64,000 nucleotides of DNA from Thermoplasmata archaeon (GCA_027315165.1 DAHUYN010000003.1:27990-91989); one strand, 5' to 3'. Counted from the first letter of the stretch, positions 27,180 to 37,304 are shown. The notes: a model not told the origin generated them from the sequence alone. Numbers and translations are program-made.

Positions 27180-28751
27180 GTGCACGACGTCCCGGCGGGG
27201 GCCCGGGCGGGCCTCACCTCGATCACGCGAGGGACCGTCGTGATGATGCTCGGCACCGTCGGGTTCGTCATCGAGAACTTCGTCTTCCGCGTCCTGCTGA
27301 TCCGGACCCTCTCCCCCGAGGAGTGGGGCCAGTTCTTCGTCGGCCTCACGCTGGTGGGCCTGCTCGCGGCCGTCGGGAGCCTCGGCCTCCCCCAGGCGAT
27401 CGCCCGAACGCTGCCTTTCGAGGTCGACCTCGGGGAGCGCCGACGCGCGCTCCGGACCGGACTCGCCGTCATCCTCCCCTCCGCCGTCGTGGGGTCGGTG
27501 GCGCTCGCGGCGGCGAGCGCGCCCCTCGGTGCCGCGCTCGGCACCCCGCTGCTCTCGCAGACGCTGCTGTTCTTCTCGGCGGCGGTCGGGCTCACGATCG
27601 TCGCCACGTTCCTCGCCGCCGTCTTCCAGGGGTTCGAGGACGCGATCCCGAACGCGCTCTTCCTCCAGGTGCTGAACCCGGCGATGTTCATCGGGTTCCT
27701 CCTGCTGATCGAGGGGGTCGTCCCCCTCCACGTCGCCTTCTCGGCCGCGCTCGCCGCCTACACGCTCAGCGGGGTCGTGACGCTCGGAGTCCTTCTCGTC
27801 TATGCCCGCCGACGCCTCCCCCGACTGCTCCCCGCCGGGTCGAGCCCCTCGGGCCTGTCGGGGGGCCTGCTCCGCTTCGCCGCCCCGCTGCTCGTGGTGA
27901 GCGTCCTCACCTACGTCGCCGGGAACCTCGATGCGCTCGTCCTCGAGGTCTTCCGACGGCCCTCGGTCGCCTTCTACTCGGCGGACCTGTCGATGGCGCG
28001 GCTCCTTCAGGTCGGTCTCGGGGCGCTCTCCTTCATCATCCTCCCGGTGACGGCGCGCTTCGTCCGGGCGAACGACACCGCCTCGGCCAAGACGACCTAC
28101 GCGACCGCGACGAAGTGGATGGTCCTCACCTCGCTCCCCCTTTTTTTGATCTTCTTCCTGTATCCGGGCCGCTCCCTCGCCTTCGTCTACACGCACGGCT
28201 ACGCAGGGACGACGACGCCGCTCCGCCTCGCGCTCACGGGGGCCTTCCTTGCCACCGTCGTCGGCCCGTCGACCTCGGTCCAGGTCTCCTACGGGCAGAC
28301 CCGGCTCGTGTTGTATAACACCCTCGCGGCCGCGGTCGTCGACGTCACGCTCTCGGTCGCGCTGATCCCCTCGCTCGGGATCAGCGGGGCGGCGATCGCC
28401 TGGGCGACCGCGACCGCCGTCGGCCCGGCGCTCTCCGTCACCGAGCTCGCGCTCTCGACGGGGGTGCATCCGTTCCGTCGCCACTACCTCGTGCCGCTCG
28501 CAGCGACCGGGCTCCCGGTCGGTCTCGGTCTCGGCCTGCTCAATCTCACGCCCCCGCTCTGGGCCCTCCCTCTCATCGTCCTCGGTGTCGCGGGTGTGTT
28601 CGTCGCCGTCGTCCTGGCCTCGAGGAGCCTCGACGCCGGCGATCTGATGCTTCTCGAGGCTGTCGAGGGGCTCGTGGGCACACGATTGGAGAGGTTGCGG
28701 CGTCTGGGCCGATGGTTCCTCCGCGACGGCGCTCCGCTCGAGGGGCCCTGA
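27180..28751 (+). CDS. MOP-superfamily polysaccharide biosynthesis/flippase protein (Wzx-like)
   Basis: ORF track 26973..28751; start taken at GTG 27180 or ATG 27243. Twelve-plus TM helices with a flippase-like pattern. Confidence 0.6.
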   Translation: MHDVPAGARAGLTSITRGTVVMMLGTVGFVIENFVFRVLLIRTLSPEEWGQFFVGLTLVGLLAAVGSLGLPQAIARTLPFEVDLGERRRALRTGLAVILPSAVVGSVALAAASAPLGAALGTPLLSQTLLFFSAAVGLTIVATFLAAVFQGFEDAIPNALFLQVLNPAMFIGFLLLIEGVVPLHVAFSAALAAYTLSGVVTLGVLLVYARRRLPRLLPAGSSPSGLSGGLLRFAAPLLVVSVLTYVAGNLDALVLEVFRRPSVAFYSADLSMARLLQVGLGALSFIILPVTARFVRANDTASAKTTYATATKWMVLTSLPLFLIFFLYPGRSLAFVYTHGYAGTTTPLRLALTGAFLATVVGPSTSVQVSYGQTRLVLYNTLAAAVVDVTLSVALIPSLGISGAAIAWATATAVGPALSVTELALSTGVHPFRRHYLVPLAATGLPVGLGLGLLNLTPPLWALPLIVLGVAGVFVAVVLASRSLDAGDLMLLEAVEGLVGTRLERLRRLGRWFLRDGAPLEGP

Positions 28752-28827
28752 CGCTGCGGGACGACCCGGTTCGGGGCCGCCCAGCGGATGCGCGGCTACA
28801 GAGACTTTACATATTCCCCACCGTGAT

Positions 28828-29424
28828 GTGGCCCTCGTCCCCGCTTTGCGTATGACAGACCTTAGTTCCAAACGGCAGGTTCCGCCCCTTCTGGTGGGCG
28901 GCCTGCTCCTCGTCCTCCTCGTCGTGGCGGGGCTGGTCCCGAACACCGGGGCGATTCCCGCGTCGACCTCGTGTCCCTACGGGAACTGCTCGACGCCCTC
29001 GAACACGACGGTCCCGACCTGGCTCTACGGGCTGCTCGGGGCCCTGGTCGTTCTCGCGCTCGTTCTCGGCCTCCTCCTCTACCGCCGGCGCTCGCCCCCG
29101 AGCGGCGGCGGCGCCGCCGCCAGCGAGGCCGCCGTGCCCCCGAGCGCGGCCCTGGGCGGCCCCTCGGGCCCCGAGGCGCCCCCCGTCGCCGGGCCGCCGG
29201 TCGCGGCGCCCGCCGCGGCGTACCTCGAGACCCCCGAGGACGTCGGTCAGCAGCCTGCGGCCCCCGCGGCCGTCCCGCCGGCGTCGGAGGGGGGCGGTGA
29301 GGAGGACATCGACTCCCTGATGAAGGAGCTCGACAAGATCAGCGGCGAGATCCTCAAGCGGGGGCCCCAGGCGAAGCGACCTCCGACCCCGCCCACGGGC
29401 GAGGGGCCGAACGACCCCGCCTGA
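28828..29424 (+). CDS. membrane-anchored Pro/Ala-rich surface protein with N-glycosylation sequons
   Basis: N-terminal hydrophobic segment, NCS/NTT sequons, a second TM, then a Pro/Ala-rich region and a charged tail. ATG 28852 (MTDLSSKR) is an alternative start. Confidence 0.5.
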   Translation: MALVPALRMTDLSSKRQVPPLLVGGLLLVLLVVAGLVPNTGAIPASTSCPYGNCSTPSNTTVPTWLYGLLGALVVLALVLGLLLYRRRSPPSGGGAAASEAAVPPSAALGGPSGPEAPPVAGPPVAAPAAAYLETPEDVGQQPAAPAAVPPASEGGGEEDIDSLMKELDKISGEILKRGPQAKRPPTPPTGEGPNDPA

Positions 29425-29468
29425 CGCGTCGGCGCGTACCTCTTAAGCCCCCGACCGCGCTCCCTCTC

Positions 29469-29729
29469 GTGATGACGGTCCCAGCCCCCTCGGAGGGCGA
29501 CGGCACAGAGCCGCTGCTCGACGCCCTGGCCGAGGCCGTCCGCCACGCCCCGCGGCCGGTCCGGGAGATCGAGGTCGGGATCGCGCTCTCGATCGCCCTC
29601 GGGCGCCGGCGTACCGCCGTCGCCTGCGGGGGCTGCGCGACGCCCCTCGAGTTCGAAGGGATCCCGACCAGGACGAACTCGAGGCTCTCGGAGCCCTGGC
29701 GCCTGGTCCTCGCCGAGGCGTCGGGCTGA
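29469..29729 (+). CDS. hypothetical small protein
   Basis: 86-aa ORF with non-junk composition and a single CGGC pair. Confidence 0.3.
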   Translation: MMTVPAPSEGDGTEPLLDALAEAVRHAPRPVREIEVGIALSIALGRRRTAVACGGCATPLEFEGIPTRTNSRLSEPWRLVLAEASG

Positions 29730-29750
29730 GCCCAGGAGCGGTCTCGAGCG

Positions 29751-30467
29751 ATGCTGAGCCTCCCCCTCATCGAGACCGTCGTGAGCGTCATCACGTCGCT
29801 GATGGCCGCCGGCGGGCTCGCCGCCCTCTTCCTGCTGATGGCCGTCGAGAGCTTCGGCCTTCCGCCGCTGCCCTCGGAGATCATCCTGCCGTTCGCCGGG
29901 TTCCTCATCTACGAGGGGACGTTCAGCTGGCCGGGGGCGTTCCTCGCGGCGCTCCTCGGCGGCGTCACCGGCTCGTTCATCGCCTACGCGATCGGCCGCT
30001 GGGGTCGCCACTGGCTCGAGCGCCCGGCCGGCCGCCTTCGGCTCGACCCGAAGCACCTCGCGCTGATGGACGACTGGTTCCGCCGGCACGGCGAGGGCAC
30101 GGTCCTGTTCACGAGGCTGCTCCCGATCATCCGCAGCTACATCTCCTACCCGGCGGGGACGGCCCGGATGGAGCCCGCCCGCTTCGGCGTCTACACGGCG
30201 ATCGGCGCGACACCGTTCACGTTGGGGCTCCTCTATGCGGGGTACGTCCTCCGTTCCGACTGGTCGGCGCTCGAGCCCTACTTCCGGGTCGCGGACTACG
30301 TCGGAGCGGTGCTCATCGTCCTCGGCCTCCTCTACCTCGGGCTGCGCTGGCGCAACGTCCTCGCGCCGGGCTGGCCTCCGCGCCGGATGCGCGCCGGGAG
30401 CCCCCCCGAGGCCCCGGCCCCGCCGCGGGCGGCCGAGGGGTCTACCGAGCCCCGGTCGGGTCCGTAG
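29751..30467 (+). CDS. DedA/SNARE-associated family membrane protein
   Basis: VESFGLPPLPSEIILPFAGFL DedA motif. Confidence 0.75.
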   Translation: MLSLPLIETVVSVITSLMAAGGLAALFLLMAVESFGLPPLPSEIILPFAGFLIYEGTFSWPGAFLAALLGGVTGSFIAYAIGRWGRHWLERPAGRLRLDPKHLALMDDWFRRHGEGTVLFTRLLPIIRSYISYPAGTARMEPARFGVYTAIGATPFTLGLLYAGYVLRSDWSALEPYFRVADYVGAVLIVLGLLYLGLRWRNVLAPGWPPRRMRAGSPPEAPAPPRAAEGSTEPRSGP

Positions 30468-31806
30468 CGCCGGCCCCGGGAGCGTACTCGGGCCGCACGA
30501 CGCGGCCGAGGGGTCGACCGACGTACTCGCCGTCCTCGACGACGAGCTCGCCGTAGTGCAGGACGTGCCGGGGGAACACCGCGCTCCGCCCCTCGAACGG
30601 GCTCCAGCCGGCGGGGCCGTGGAGGTCCCGCCCGCGGATCGTGCGGCGCTCGCGGAACTCGACGACCACGAGGTGGGCGCGATGCCCGACGGCGATCCGG
30701 CCCATCGGCACCCCGAGCCAGCGCGCGGGCCGGTCGCAGGCCGCGGCCAGGAGGGTCGCGAGCGGGAGCGAGCCGTGCCGGCACTCCTCGAGCCAGAGCG
30801 GCAGCATCGTCTCGAGGCCGGGAACCCCGCTCGGCGCCTTCGGGAACGGCCGCTCCTTGTCGTTGAGGAGGTGAGGGGCGTGGTCGGAGGCGAGCACCGG
30901 GACGCGGCCCTCGGTGAACTCATGGTACAGCTCGGCCCGCACCGGCTCCTCGCGGAGCGGAGGGTTCACCTTGCGGGTCGTCGAAGCGCCCGCGTGGTTG
31001 AGGAGGAGGTGGTGCGGCGTCGCCTCGAAGGAGTGTCCCTCACCGCGGAGGCGTCGCGCGACCTCGGGGTCGGTCACGTGGGCGATGTGGAGCCGGAGCG
31101 AGGGCGGCGCCGGCAGGAGCCGAGCGACGCCGGAGCGCTCGGCGGCGACCGGACGCGCGTGGTCCCACGCCTCGAGCGAGGTCGCGGTCTCCGGCGCACG
31201 GAAGAGGGCCGGGTCCTCGGCGTGCACCGCGAGCGCGAGGCCGGTCGAGGCGACACCCTCGAGGAGGCCGCGCAGCTCGGCCGGCCCCGGGGGCTCGTCG
31301 ACGCCCGTCGTCGGACTCTCGTAGAGCTTGAACGCGCCGGCCTCTCGGGCGAGGCGCTCGAGATTCGCGCCCGGTGTCGCGAGCGCGTAGAGGAGCAGGT
31401 CCACCGCGAGCCGGCGGTCGGCCCGCCCCCGCTTGGCGACGAGCCGGTCGACGGTCGTCACGGGCGGGTCCGTGTTCGGCATGTCGGCGACGAGGCCGAC
31501 GCCCCCGAGCGCCGCCTGCACGGTGCCGGTCGCGAAGCTGTCCGCCGCACCGGGACCGCCCGGCTCTCGGAGGTGGACGTGGAGGTCGGTCGCCGCCGGG
31601 AGCAGGATGCCGTCGCCGAAGTCGAACCGCTCCTCGCCACGGAGCGACCGGGCGATCTGGACGATGGTGCCGTCGTCGTCGATGCCGATCTCGACCGGCT
31701 GGAGCCGCCCCGCGAGGAGCGCACGACCCGCCACGATCCGGGCCAGGGCGCCGACGGGAGGCGGCGCGGCCCCCCGCGTTCTGCGCGCGCGGGGCCGGGC
31801 CGGCAT
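30442..31806 (-). CDS. pyrC: dihydroorotase (cyclic amidohydrolase family)
   Basis: GIDDDGTIV...DFGDGILLPAATDLHVHLREPG metal-binding motif. The N-terminal ~20 aa may be overcalled. Confidence 0.75.
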   Translation of the reverse strand: MPARPRARRTRGAAPPPVGALARIVAGRALLAGRLQPVEIGIDDDGTIVQIARSLRGEERFDFGDGILLPAATDLHVHLREPGGPGAADSFATGTVQAALGGVGLVADMPNTDPPVTTVDRLVAKRGRADRRLAVDLLLYALATPGANLERLAREAGAFKLYESPTTGVDEPPGPAELRGLLEGVASTGLALAVHAEDPALFRAPETATSLEAWDHARPVAAERSGVARLLPAPPSLRLHIAHVTDPEVARRLRGEGHSFEATPHHLLLNHAGASTTRKVNPPLREEPVRAELYHEFTEGRVPVLASDHAPHLLNDKERPFPKAPSGVPGLETMLPLWLEECRHGSLPLATLLAAACDRPARWLGVPMGRIAVGHRAHLVVVEFRERRTIRGRDLHGPAGWSPFEGRSAVFPRHVLHYGELVVEDGEYVGRPLGRVVRPEYAPGAGATDPTGAR

Positions 31807-31904
31807 CGCGCCCGCTAGAGGCGCTGGGGTTATGAAGCGCCCCTCGCGGTCGAGGGCGAGACCGGGAGGTAGCTATTTCCCACCGTGACCCTGAGCCCCG
31901 GCCG

Positions 31905-32963
31905 ATGGCGACCTCGAGGCGCGCTCGCCGTTGGACCTACGCGCGCTCGGGGGTCGACCGCGAGTCCGTCGCGGGCGGCCTCGCCGCCCTCCTCGGGGAG
32001 GTACGATACCGTGCTCCCGCTAGCTCGGGCCGCCTCGTCGACGTCCCCGGCCACTATGCGGGCCTCGTTCGACTCGGCCTCGAGACCGTCGCGATCACGA
32101 CCGACACCGTCGGCACGAAGGGGCTGCTCGCCGCGGAGGTCGGCTCCTGGGAGGGCGTAGGCGAGGACATCGTCGGCGTCAACGTCAACGACCTCTCGGC
32201 GGTCGGCGCCCGGCCCTGCGGGCTCGTCGACTGCCTGTCGCTCGACGTCCCGGACCCCAAGGTCCTGCGAGGGATCGGTCGCGGGCTCGACCGGGGGCTC
32301 GCCAAGGCCCGCTGCCCCCTCCTCGGGGGCGAGACCGCGGTCGTCCCGGACCTCGTGCACGGGGTCGACCTCGGCGGGACCGCGATCGGATTCTTTCCCG
32401 ACGGCCGCCGACCGATCACCGGCGCGCGGATCCGGCCGGGGGACGTCGTGCTCGGGATCCCCTCGAGCGGACTCCACGCGAACGGCTACACGCTCGTGAG
32501 ACGGCTCGTCCGAGACAAGAAGGTCGACCTCTCCGAGCGCCGGCCCGGCGGTCGACGGACGCTCGGAGAGGAGCTGCTCGCGCCCACGCGGATCTACGTG
32601 CCGCCGGTCGAGGCGGTCGCCGACCTGGCCGCCGTCCACGGGCTCGCCCACATCTCGGGCGGAGGCGTTCGGAACCTCGTCCGGCTCCACAAGGGCGTCC
32701 GGTTCCTCCTCGAGGACTGGCCCCGGCCCGCGGGCCTGTTCGACTGGCTGCGCGAGCTCGGCTCGATCGCGCCGGCCGAGCTCTACCAGACGTTCAACGT
32801 CGGGATCGGGTTCGTCCTCGTCGTCGCGGCTTCGGCCGAGCGCGAGGTCCTGCGACGCCTGGCCGCCCACGGGGCCCCGGATGCGCGGCGCGTCGGGCGG
32901 ATCGTTCGAGGCCACGGCGTCGCGCTCCCGGCGCTCGGTCTCGACTACGAGGGCTACGCCTAG
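31905..32963 (+). CDS. purM: phosphoribosylformylglycinamidine cyclo-ligase (AIR synthetase)
   Basis: YARSGVD N-terminus and the PurM fold pattern (GGETAVVPD). Confidence 0.85.
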   Translation: MATSRRARRWTYARSGVDRESVAGGLAALLGEVRYRAPASSGRLVDVPGHYAGLVRLGLETVAITTDTVGTKGLLAAEVGSWEGVGEDIVGVNVNDLSAVGARPCGLVDCLSLDVPDPKVLRGIGRGLDRGLAKARCPLLGGETAVVPDLVHGVDLGGTAIGFFPDGRRPITGARIRPGDVVLGIPSSGLHANGYTLVRRLVRDKKVDLSERRPGGRRTLGEELLAPTRIYVPPVEAVADLAAVHGLAHISGGGVRNLVRLHKGVRFLLEDWPRPAGLFDWLRELGSIAPAELYQTFNVGIGFVLVVAASAEREVLRRLAAHGAPDARRVGRIVRGHGVALPALGLDYEGYA

Positions 32964-32993
32964 CCGTCACCGGGGTTCGAGCGCGAAACACCT

Positions 32994-33971
32994 TTGGGGG
33001 GGTCTCGACTGCGCGGCCGCGTGGCGGGGATCTCGCCGTCCGCACGAGCGGCCGCCGGCCTCGCGCTCGTCGCCTCGATGCTCTGGGCGAGCTACTACTA
33101 CTTCGTCCTGACCCTGTCACCGGCCGCGAGGCCGCCCGCGGTCCTCGCCTTCCCGTTCTTGACGGCCGGGGCCGGCTTCCTCGTGCTGTCGGCGCTCGAG
33201 GGCAGCCTCTCGCGGTCGCTCCGCCTCTGGGCGACCCCCGCGGCGTGGCTCCGGAGCGGACTTCTCGCGTCGATGCAGCTCTCGGTGCTCGCGGGGACCT
33301 ACTCGGCGGGCCCGGTCGACACGTCGCTCCTCTCCCTCCTCGGGGACGTCGCGGTGACGCCGGTCCTCCTGATGCTCCTCTACCGAGAGGGACGGGAGCG
33401 GGCCCGGTCGCCGACGTTCCTGGGGGGCCTGCTCCTGAGCTGCGCCGGCGCCACGCTCACGATCGTCGGCGGCGCGTCGGCGGCGCCGATCCGCGGGCTC
33501 GCCTGGCTCGTCGTCGCGGCGGTCCCGCTCACGGTGGCGTTCTACTTCCTCCTCACGGCCCGCACGAACCGCGCGGTCCCGATGGCGGCGGTCGTCGGGC
33601 AGTCGTCGGTCGCCGCCGGGCTGATCTCGCTCGCCCTGAGCCCGCTCCTCCCGGGCGGCGTCGCCGGCCTCGCCGTAGGCTCGGCCCACGACGCCCTCCT
33701 CCTCGCGGTCCTCGGGCTCACCTCCTTCCTGGCGGCCCCCTGGGTCTACTTCAAGGCGGTCGAGCGGGCGGGGCTCCTCCTCCCCGCGCTCCTGATGGCG
33801 ACGATCCCGCTCTTCACGCTCCTGTTCGAGGCCGTCGCCTTCGGGGCCCGCGCGACGCCGCTCGCGCTCCTCGGGGTCCCGCTCGCCGTCGCCGGCGGGT
33901 TCCTCGCCGTCCAGGGCACGCACCCGGGCTGGACCCCCACCTACGCCAAGGGGCCCCCGAAGGCCCCGTAG
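32994..33971 (+). CDS. EamA/DMT-family transporter-like membrane protein
   Basis: 325 aa with ~10 TM helices. Confidence 0.45.
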   Translation: MGGSRLRGRVAGISPSARAAAGLALVASMLWASYYYFVLTLSPAARPPAVLAFPFLTAGAGFLVLSALEGSLSRSLRLWATPAAWLRSGLLASMQLSVLAGTYSAGPVDTSLLSLLGDVAVTPVLLMLLYREGRERARSPTFLGGLLLSCAGATLTIVGGASAAPIRGLAWLVVAAVPLTVAFYFLLTARTNRAVPMAAVVGQSSVAAGLISLALSPLLPGGVAGLAVGSAHDALLLAVLGLTSFLAAPWVYFKAVERAGLLLPALLMATIPLFTLLFEAVAFGARATPLALLGVPLAVAGGFLAVQGTHPGWTPTYAKGPPKAP

Positions 33972-33975
33972 CGGA

Positions 33976-36480
33976 CTACTCGAAGTCCGCGAGCGAGGCG
34001 TTCTTCCGCCGACGCTTCGGCCCGCCGTCGGCGAGGTCCGCGATCGGCGTCTCGAGCGTGACGGGCCCGCCGCCGGACCGGGCCGGCGCCTCGGGGGATC
34101 CTTCCTCGGCGCCGAGACGCTGCTGGTGGCTGCCGCGGAGGAGGTCGGCCGCGTTCCAGTCGAAGACCTCGGTCACACGGGCGAGGGTCTGCGCGACGCG
34201 GTCGGCATAGTAGCCGTAGTCGGGCGGCTTCGTGAGCGCGCGTCCCTCGACCCACGGCTCGACCTCCTGGGGAGAGCGCTTGGCGTCGGTGACGATCCAG
34301 GCGACCTTCATGCCGGGGATGACGTCGTAGCCCTCCTCCTTCAGGCGCTTGAAGATGCGGAGGAACGGCAGGGCATCGCGCGTCGCCTCGTTGTACTCCT
34401 CCTCGGCGCGCACCGAGCGGGCGATGACGAGTCGCTCGGGGGGGACGACGCCCGAGCGGCACTCCTGGACGAGCTCCCGCGCCCTCGTGACGGCCCGGTC
34501 GGTCTCGCCCTTGAGGACGAGGTCGAAGACCTCGAGGAGCGACTCCGACTGGAAGTCGAAGGCGTCGGTCCGGCGCGTCTCGTAGCCGCGGATGACGAGC
34601 TCCTCCTTCGGCCAGACGGTGCGGCCGACGTAGCGCTTCTTGGCCCCGTGCGAGAAGAGCGCCTCGTAGACGGACTGGAACTCGAAGGTGACGCCGGCGG
34701 CGGTGAACCGCTTCGAGACCTCCTCGCCGAACCGCTTGGCCCCCTCGAGGGACGGCTCCGGCGCGCGGACGAAGACGCTGTCGGTGTCGGAGTAGACGAC
34801 CTCGTGCCCCTCGCTCTCGAGGGCTCGGATGATCGTCGTGATCGCCTCGCGCGCGAAGGCGGTGATCGCGGCCCCGATCTCCTTGTCCGTGAACCGGTAG
34901 AAGCTCGAGGCGAGGACCCCGTAAAAGGAGTTCATCAGGACCTTCACCGCGTTCTGGAGACCGTCGTAGTAGGCCCGCAGCTCCTCCGTCGCCGCCTCCC
35001 GCGAGGCCCGGCGGAAGCGGTCGCGGTCGTGGAGGAGCTCGGCGAGGATCTCGGGGATCAGGCCCCGGCGGACCGACGGGTCGAGGAACCTCGCCCCCGC
35101 CGGGCTCACGGTCGTCCCCTCCGGGGAGAGCGTCGTGAAGCAGAGGTTCCGGGCGATGATGATGCTCGGGTACATCGACTTGAAGTCGAGCACGACGACC
35201 CAGCGGTAGATCCCGGGCCGGATCGTGTGCACGTAGCCGCCCTCGATGGGGGTGTCGCGCCGGGCCCGGTGCGTCGGCGGCACGCCGACGTGGCGCCGGT
35301 CGGCGCGCGGGATCAGCATCGCGTCGATGAACAGCGAGGTCCGTCCGTTCATCCCCTCCTCGAGGGGGAGGTGCGCGACGGTGGCGAGGTCGGCGGCCTT
35401 GTCGACCGTCCGCAGCCGCTGGAGGATGCGCAGCGCGAGGTCGGCGTCGTGCTCGCAGTACTCCATCACGCGCTCCGGGTCGGCGTTCCACTCCGCCTCG
35501 ATGTTCCGCCGGTCGACGTCGAGCTTGCCCTCGCCGAGGAGCGCGCGCGCGACGAACTGGAGCGTCTCCTGCTTGGGTCGGAGGTCACGACGGGCGGCCC
35601 ACCACGCATCGGCGACGACCCGGCCCGAGATCCGCCAGAGGCGTTCACCGGCGTCCCTCGGCTCGCCGCGGTCGCGGCCGAGGGCGAGCTTCGGCAGCCC
35701 GAGCGCCACCTGCCGCTCGACAAGGAGCGGAAGGTCGTAGCCGCCGATGTTGTAGCCCGTGATCACGTCCGGGTCGGCGCGCTCGACCTCTCGCACGAAC
35801 CCGGCGAGGATCTCCGCCTCCGTGCCGCGCAGCCGGAACGAGGTCTTGGTGTGGCCCGGGGTCTCGACGACCCCGCAGAGCGTGAACAGCGTGCGCTCGC
35901 GGATCGCATTCTCGATGTCGAAGGAGAGGATCGTGAGCGGCGGCCGGAACGCCTCCGAGGCGCGCACGTCGCCCCCGCCGTCGGTCACGACCCGCAGCAC
36001 GCGCGTCGTCGTGTAGAGGGCCCGGACCTCGGGCGGCTCCTCGACGGCCTCGAACTCGAGGGTGAGGCCGAGCGACTTGTCGTAGAGGAACCGGTGGAGG
36101 AACGGGATGTCGCAGGCGAGGACGCTCCCGGCCCCCTCGGGCCGTCGGTACCGGTCCCGGTACTCCGGGACCTTCCACGGCGAGTGGAGGGTCACCTGGA
36201 TCGCCTCCCGGTCCTTCCCCCGCTCCCACAACGTCACGGGCCGCACGTCGGTGATCTCCGGGTCCGCGCGGAGCGCCGTGACGATCTCCGGCGTCGGCTC
36301 GGTGATCTGGAAGTACGGCCGGAAGCCGTAGTACCGAGCGACCACCGCGGTCCCGTCGGGGGTCTTGCCGAACAGCTCGACGACGACGTCCGGGCCCTGC
36401 GACCGGTACGTGCCTCCGAGCAGGAAGAGCCGGACCGTCTCCACGGGACTGGGAGCGGGAGTCGGGCTATAGGGTTTCAC
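33976..36480 (-). CDS. polB: DNA polymerase B (family B), intein-free
   Basis: 834 aa. Exonuclease motif FDIEN, KxxxNSxYG motif (KVLMNSFYG), and polymerase motif C (VVYSDTDS). Confidence 0.9.
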   Translation of the reverse strand: MKPYSPTPAPSPVETVRLFLLGGTYRSQGPDVVVELFGKTPDGTAVVARYYGFRPYFQITEPTPEIVTALRADPEITDVRPVTLWERGKDREAIQVTLHSPWKVPEYRDRYRRPEGAGSVLACDIPFLHRFLYDKSLGLTLEFEAVEEPPEVRALYTTTRVLRVVTDGGGDVRASEAFRPPLTILSFDIENAIRERTLFTLCGVVETPGHTKTSFRLRGTEAEILAGFVREVERADPDVITGYNIGGYDLPLLVERQVALGLPKLALGRDRGEPRDAGERLWRISGRVVADAWWAARRDLRPKQETLQFVARALLGEGKLDVDRRNIEAEWNADPERVMEYCEHDADLALRILQRLRTVDKAADLATVAHLPLEEGMNGRTSLFIDAMLIPRADRRHVGVPPTHRARRDTPIEGGYVHTIRPGIYRWVVVLDFKSMYPSIIIARNLCFTTLSPEGTTVSPAGARFLDPSVRRGLIPEILAELLHDRDRFRRASREAATEELRAYYDGLQNAVKVLMNSFYGVLASSFYRFTDKEIGAAITAFAREAITTIIRALESEGHEVVYSDTDSVFVRAPEPSLEGAKRFGEEVSKRFTAAGVTFEFQSVYEALFSHGAKKRYVGRTVWPKEELVIRGYETRRTDAFDFQSESLLEVFDLVLKGETDRAVTRARELVQECRSGVVPPERLVIARSVRAEEEYNEATRDALPFLRIFKRLKEEGYDVIPGMKVAWIVTDAKRSPQEVEPWVEGRALTKPPDYGYYADRVAQTLARVTEVFDWNAADLLRGSHQQRLGAEEGSPEAPARSGGGPVTLETPIADLADGGPKRRRKNASLADFE

Positions 36481-37114
36481 CCGGGCGCTCTCGAAGCCAC
36501 TCGGCGAGGCGCCCGACGTCGGCCTCCCAGCGGGCCCGGTACCGGGGCGCGTGCAGCGCGGCCGCGGGATGGAGGAGAGGGAACAGCGGCCGAGCCCCGA
36601 GACGGCGGGGGGTCCCGGCGGCCTGGACGATCGGCGGCGCGTCGGGGTCGAGCAGGCGGAGCGCGTGGGCGCCGAGCGTGACGAGACGTTCGGGGGCCAG
36701 GAGCTCGAGCTGGCGGTCGAGGATCGAGCGGCACGCGAGCGCCGCGGCGCGGTCGAACCGGTTCTCGGGGGGACGGCACTTCACGAGGTTCACGATGCCG
36801 TAGCTCCCGTCGGCGAGCCCGAGCCGTCCGAGGGCCTCGTCGAGCCTCTTGCCCGCCCGGCCGACGAACGGCCGGCCCGAGAGGTCCTCCTCGCGTCCCG
36901 GTGCCTCGCCGACGAACACGACCGACGGGGCGGGACCTCCGCGATAGAAGACGACGTGGGTCCTCGACATGTGGAGCGGGCAGCGCCGGCACGCCTTCGC
37001 CTCCTCGGCGAGCCGTCGCCAGGCGGGGGTCGGCGGGCCCTCGGGCTCCGCGGCCCCGCGCCGGCGAGTTCGCTCGATCGCCCGAGCGGTGGCACCGATC
37101 GTCCGAGCCGCCAC
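36467..37114 (-). CDS. udg: uracil-DNA glycosylase family 4 (4Fe-4S)
   Basis: CRRCPLH and GEAPGREEDLSGRPFVGRAG motifs. The ORF track extends to 37363, but that would overlap the rps12 promoter and start, so an internal GTG/TTG start (~37114-37195) is inferred. Overlaps the polB start by 14 nt. Confidence 0.75.
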   Translation of the reverse strand: MAARTIGATARAIERTRRRGAAEPEGPPTPAWRRLAEEAKACRRCPLHMSRTHVVFYRGGPAPSVVFVGEAPGREEDLSGRPFVGRAGKRLDEALGRLGLADGSYGIVNLVKCRPPENRFDRAAALACRSILDRQLELLAPERLVTLGAHALRLLDPDAPPIVQAAGTPRRLGARPLFPLLHPAAALHAPRYRARWEADVGRLAEWLRERPGETL

Positions 37115-37292
37115 GATCTTCGGGTCCCGGCGCGGCAACAGGGGCTCCGCGGACCCCACGGAGCGGCCGCGTAGAAAGAGCTTCTCCGTCGCCAACGGGC
37201 CGCGGCCCTCCGGAGGGGCGCGGGGGCGTGTCGTACTACGACATGAGCCGCCGGCACGCCGAGAACGCGCGCTCGCGCCCCGGGCTCGAGGG

Positions 37293-37304
37293 AAACTTAA
37301 ATAG
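37293..37304 (+). promoter_or_regulatory. TATA box (AAACTTAAATAG) upstream of rps12
   Basis: AT box ~35-40 nt upstream of ATG 37338. Confidence 0.5.

Noticed and set aside
28818-28860. Possible C/D-box sRNA (GTGATGT … TGACAGA) upstream of the surface-protein gene
   Set aside because: No proper D box (CUGA), no C'/D' pair, and no guide-like spacing. More parsimoniously it is promoter/5'UTR sequence.
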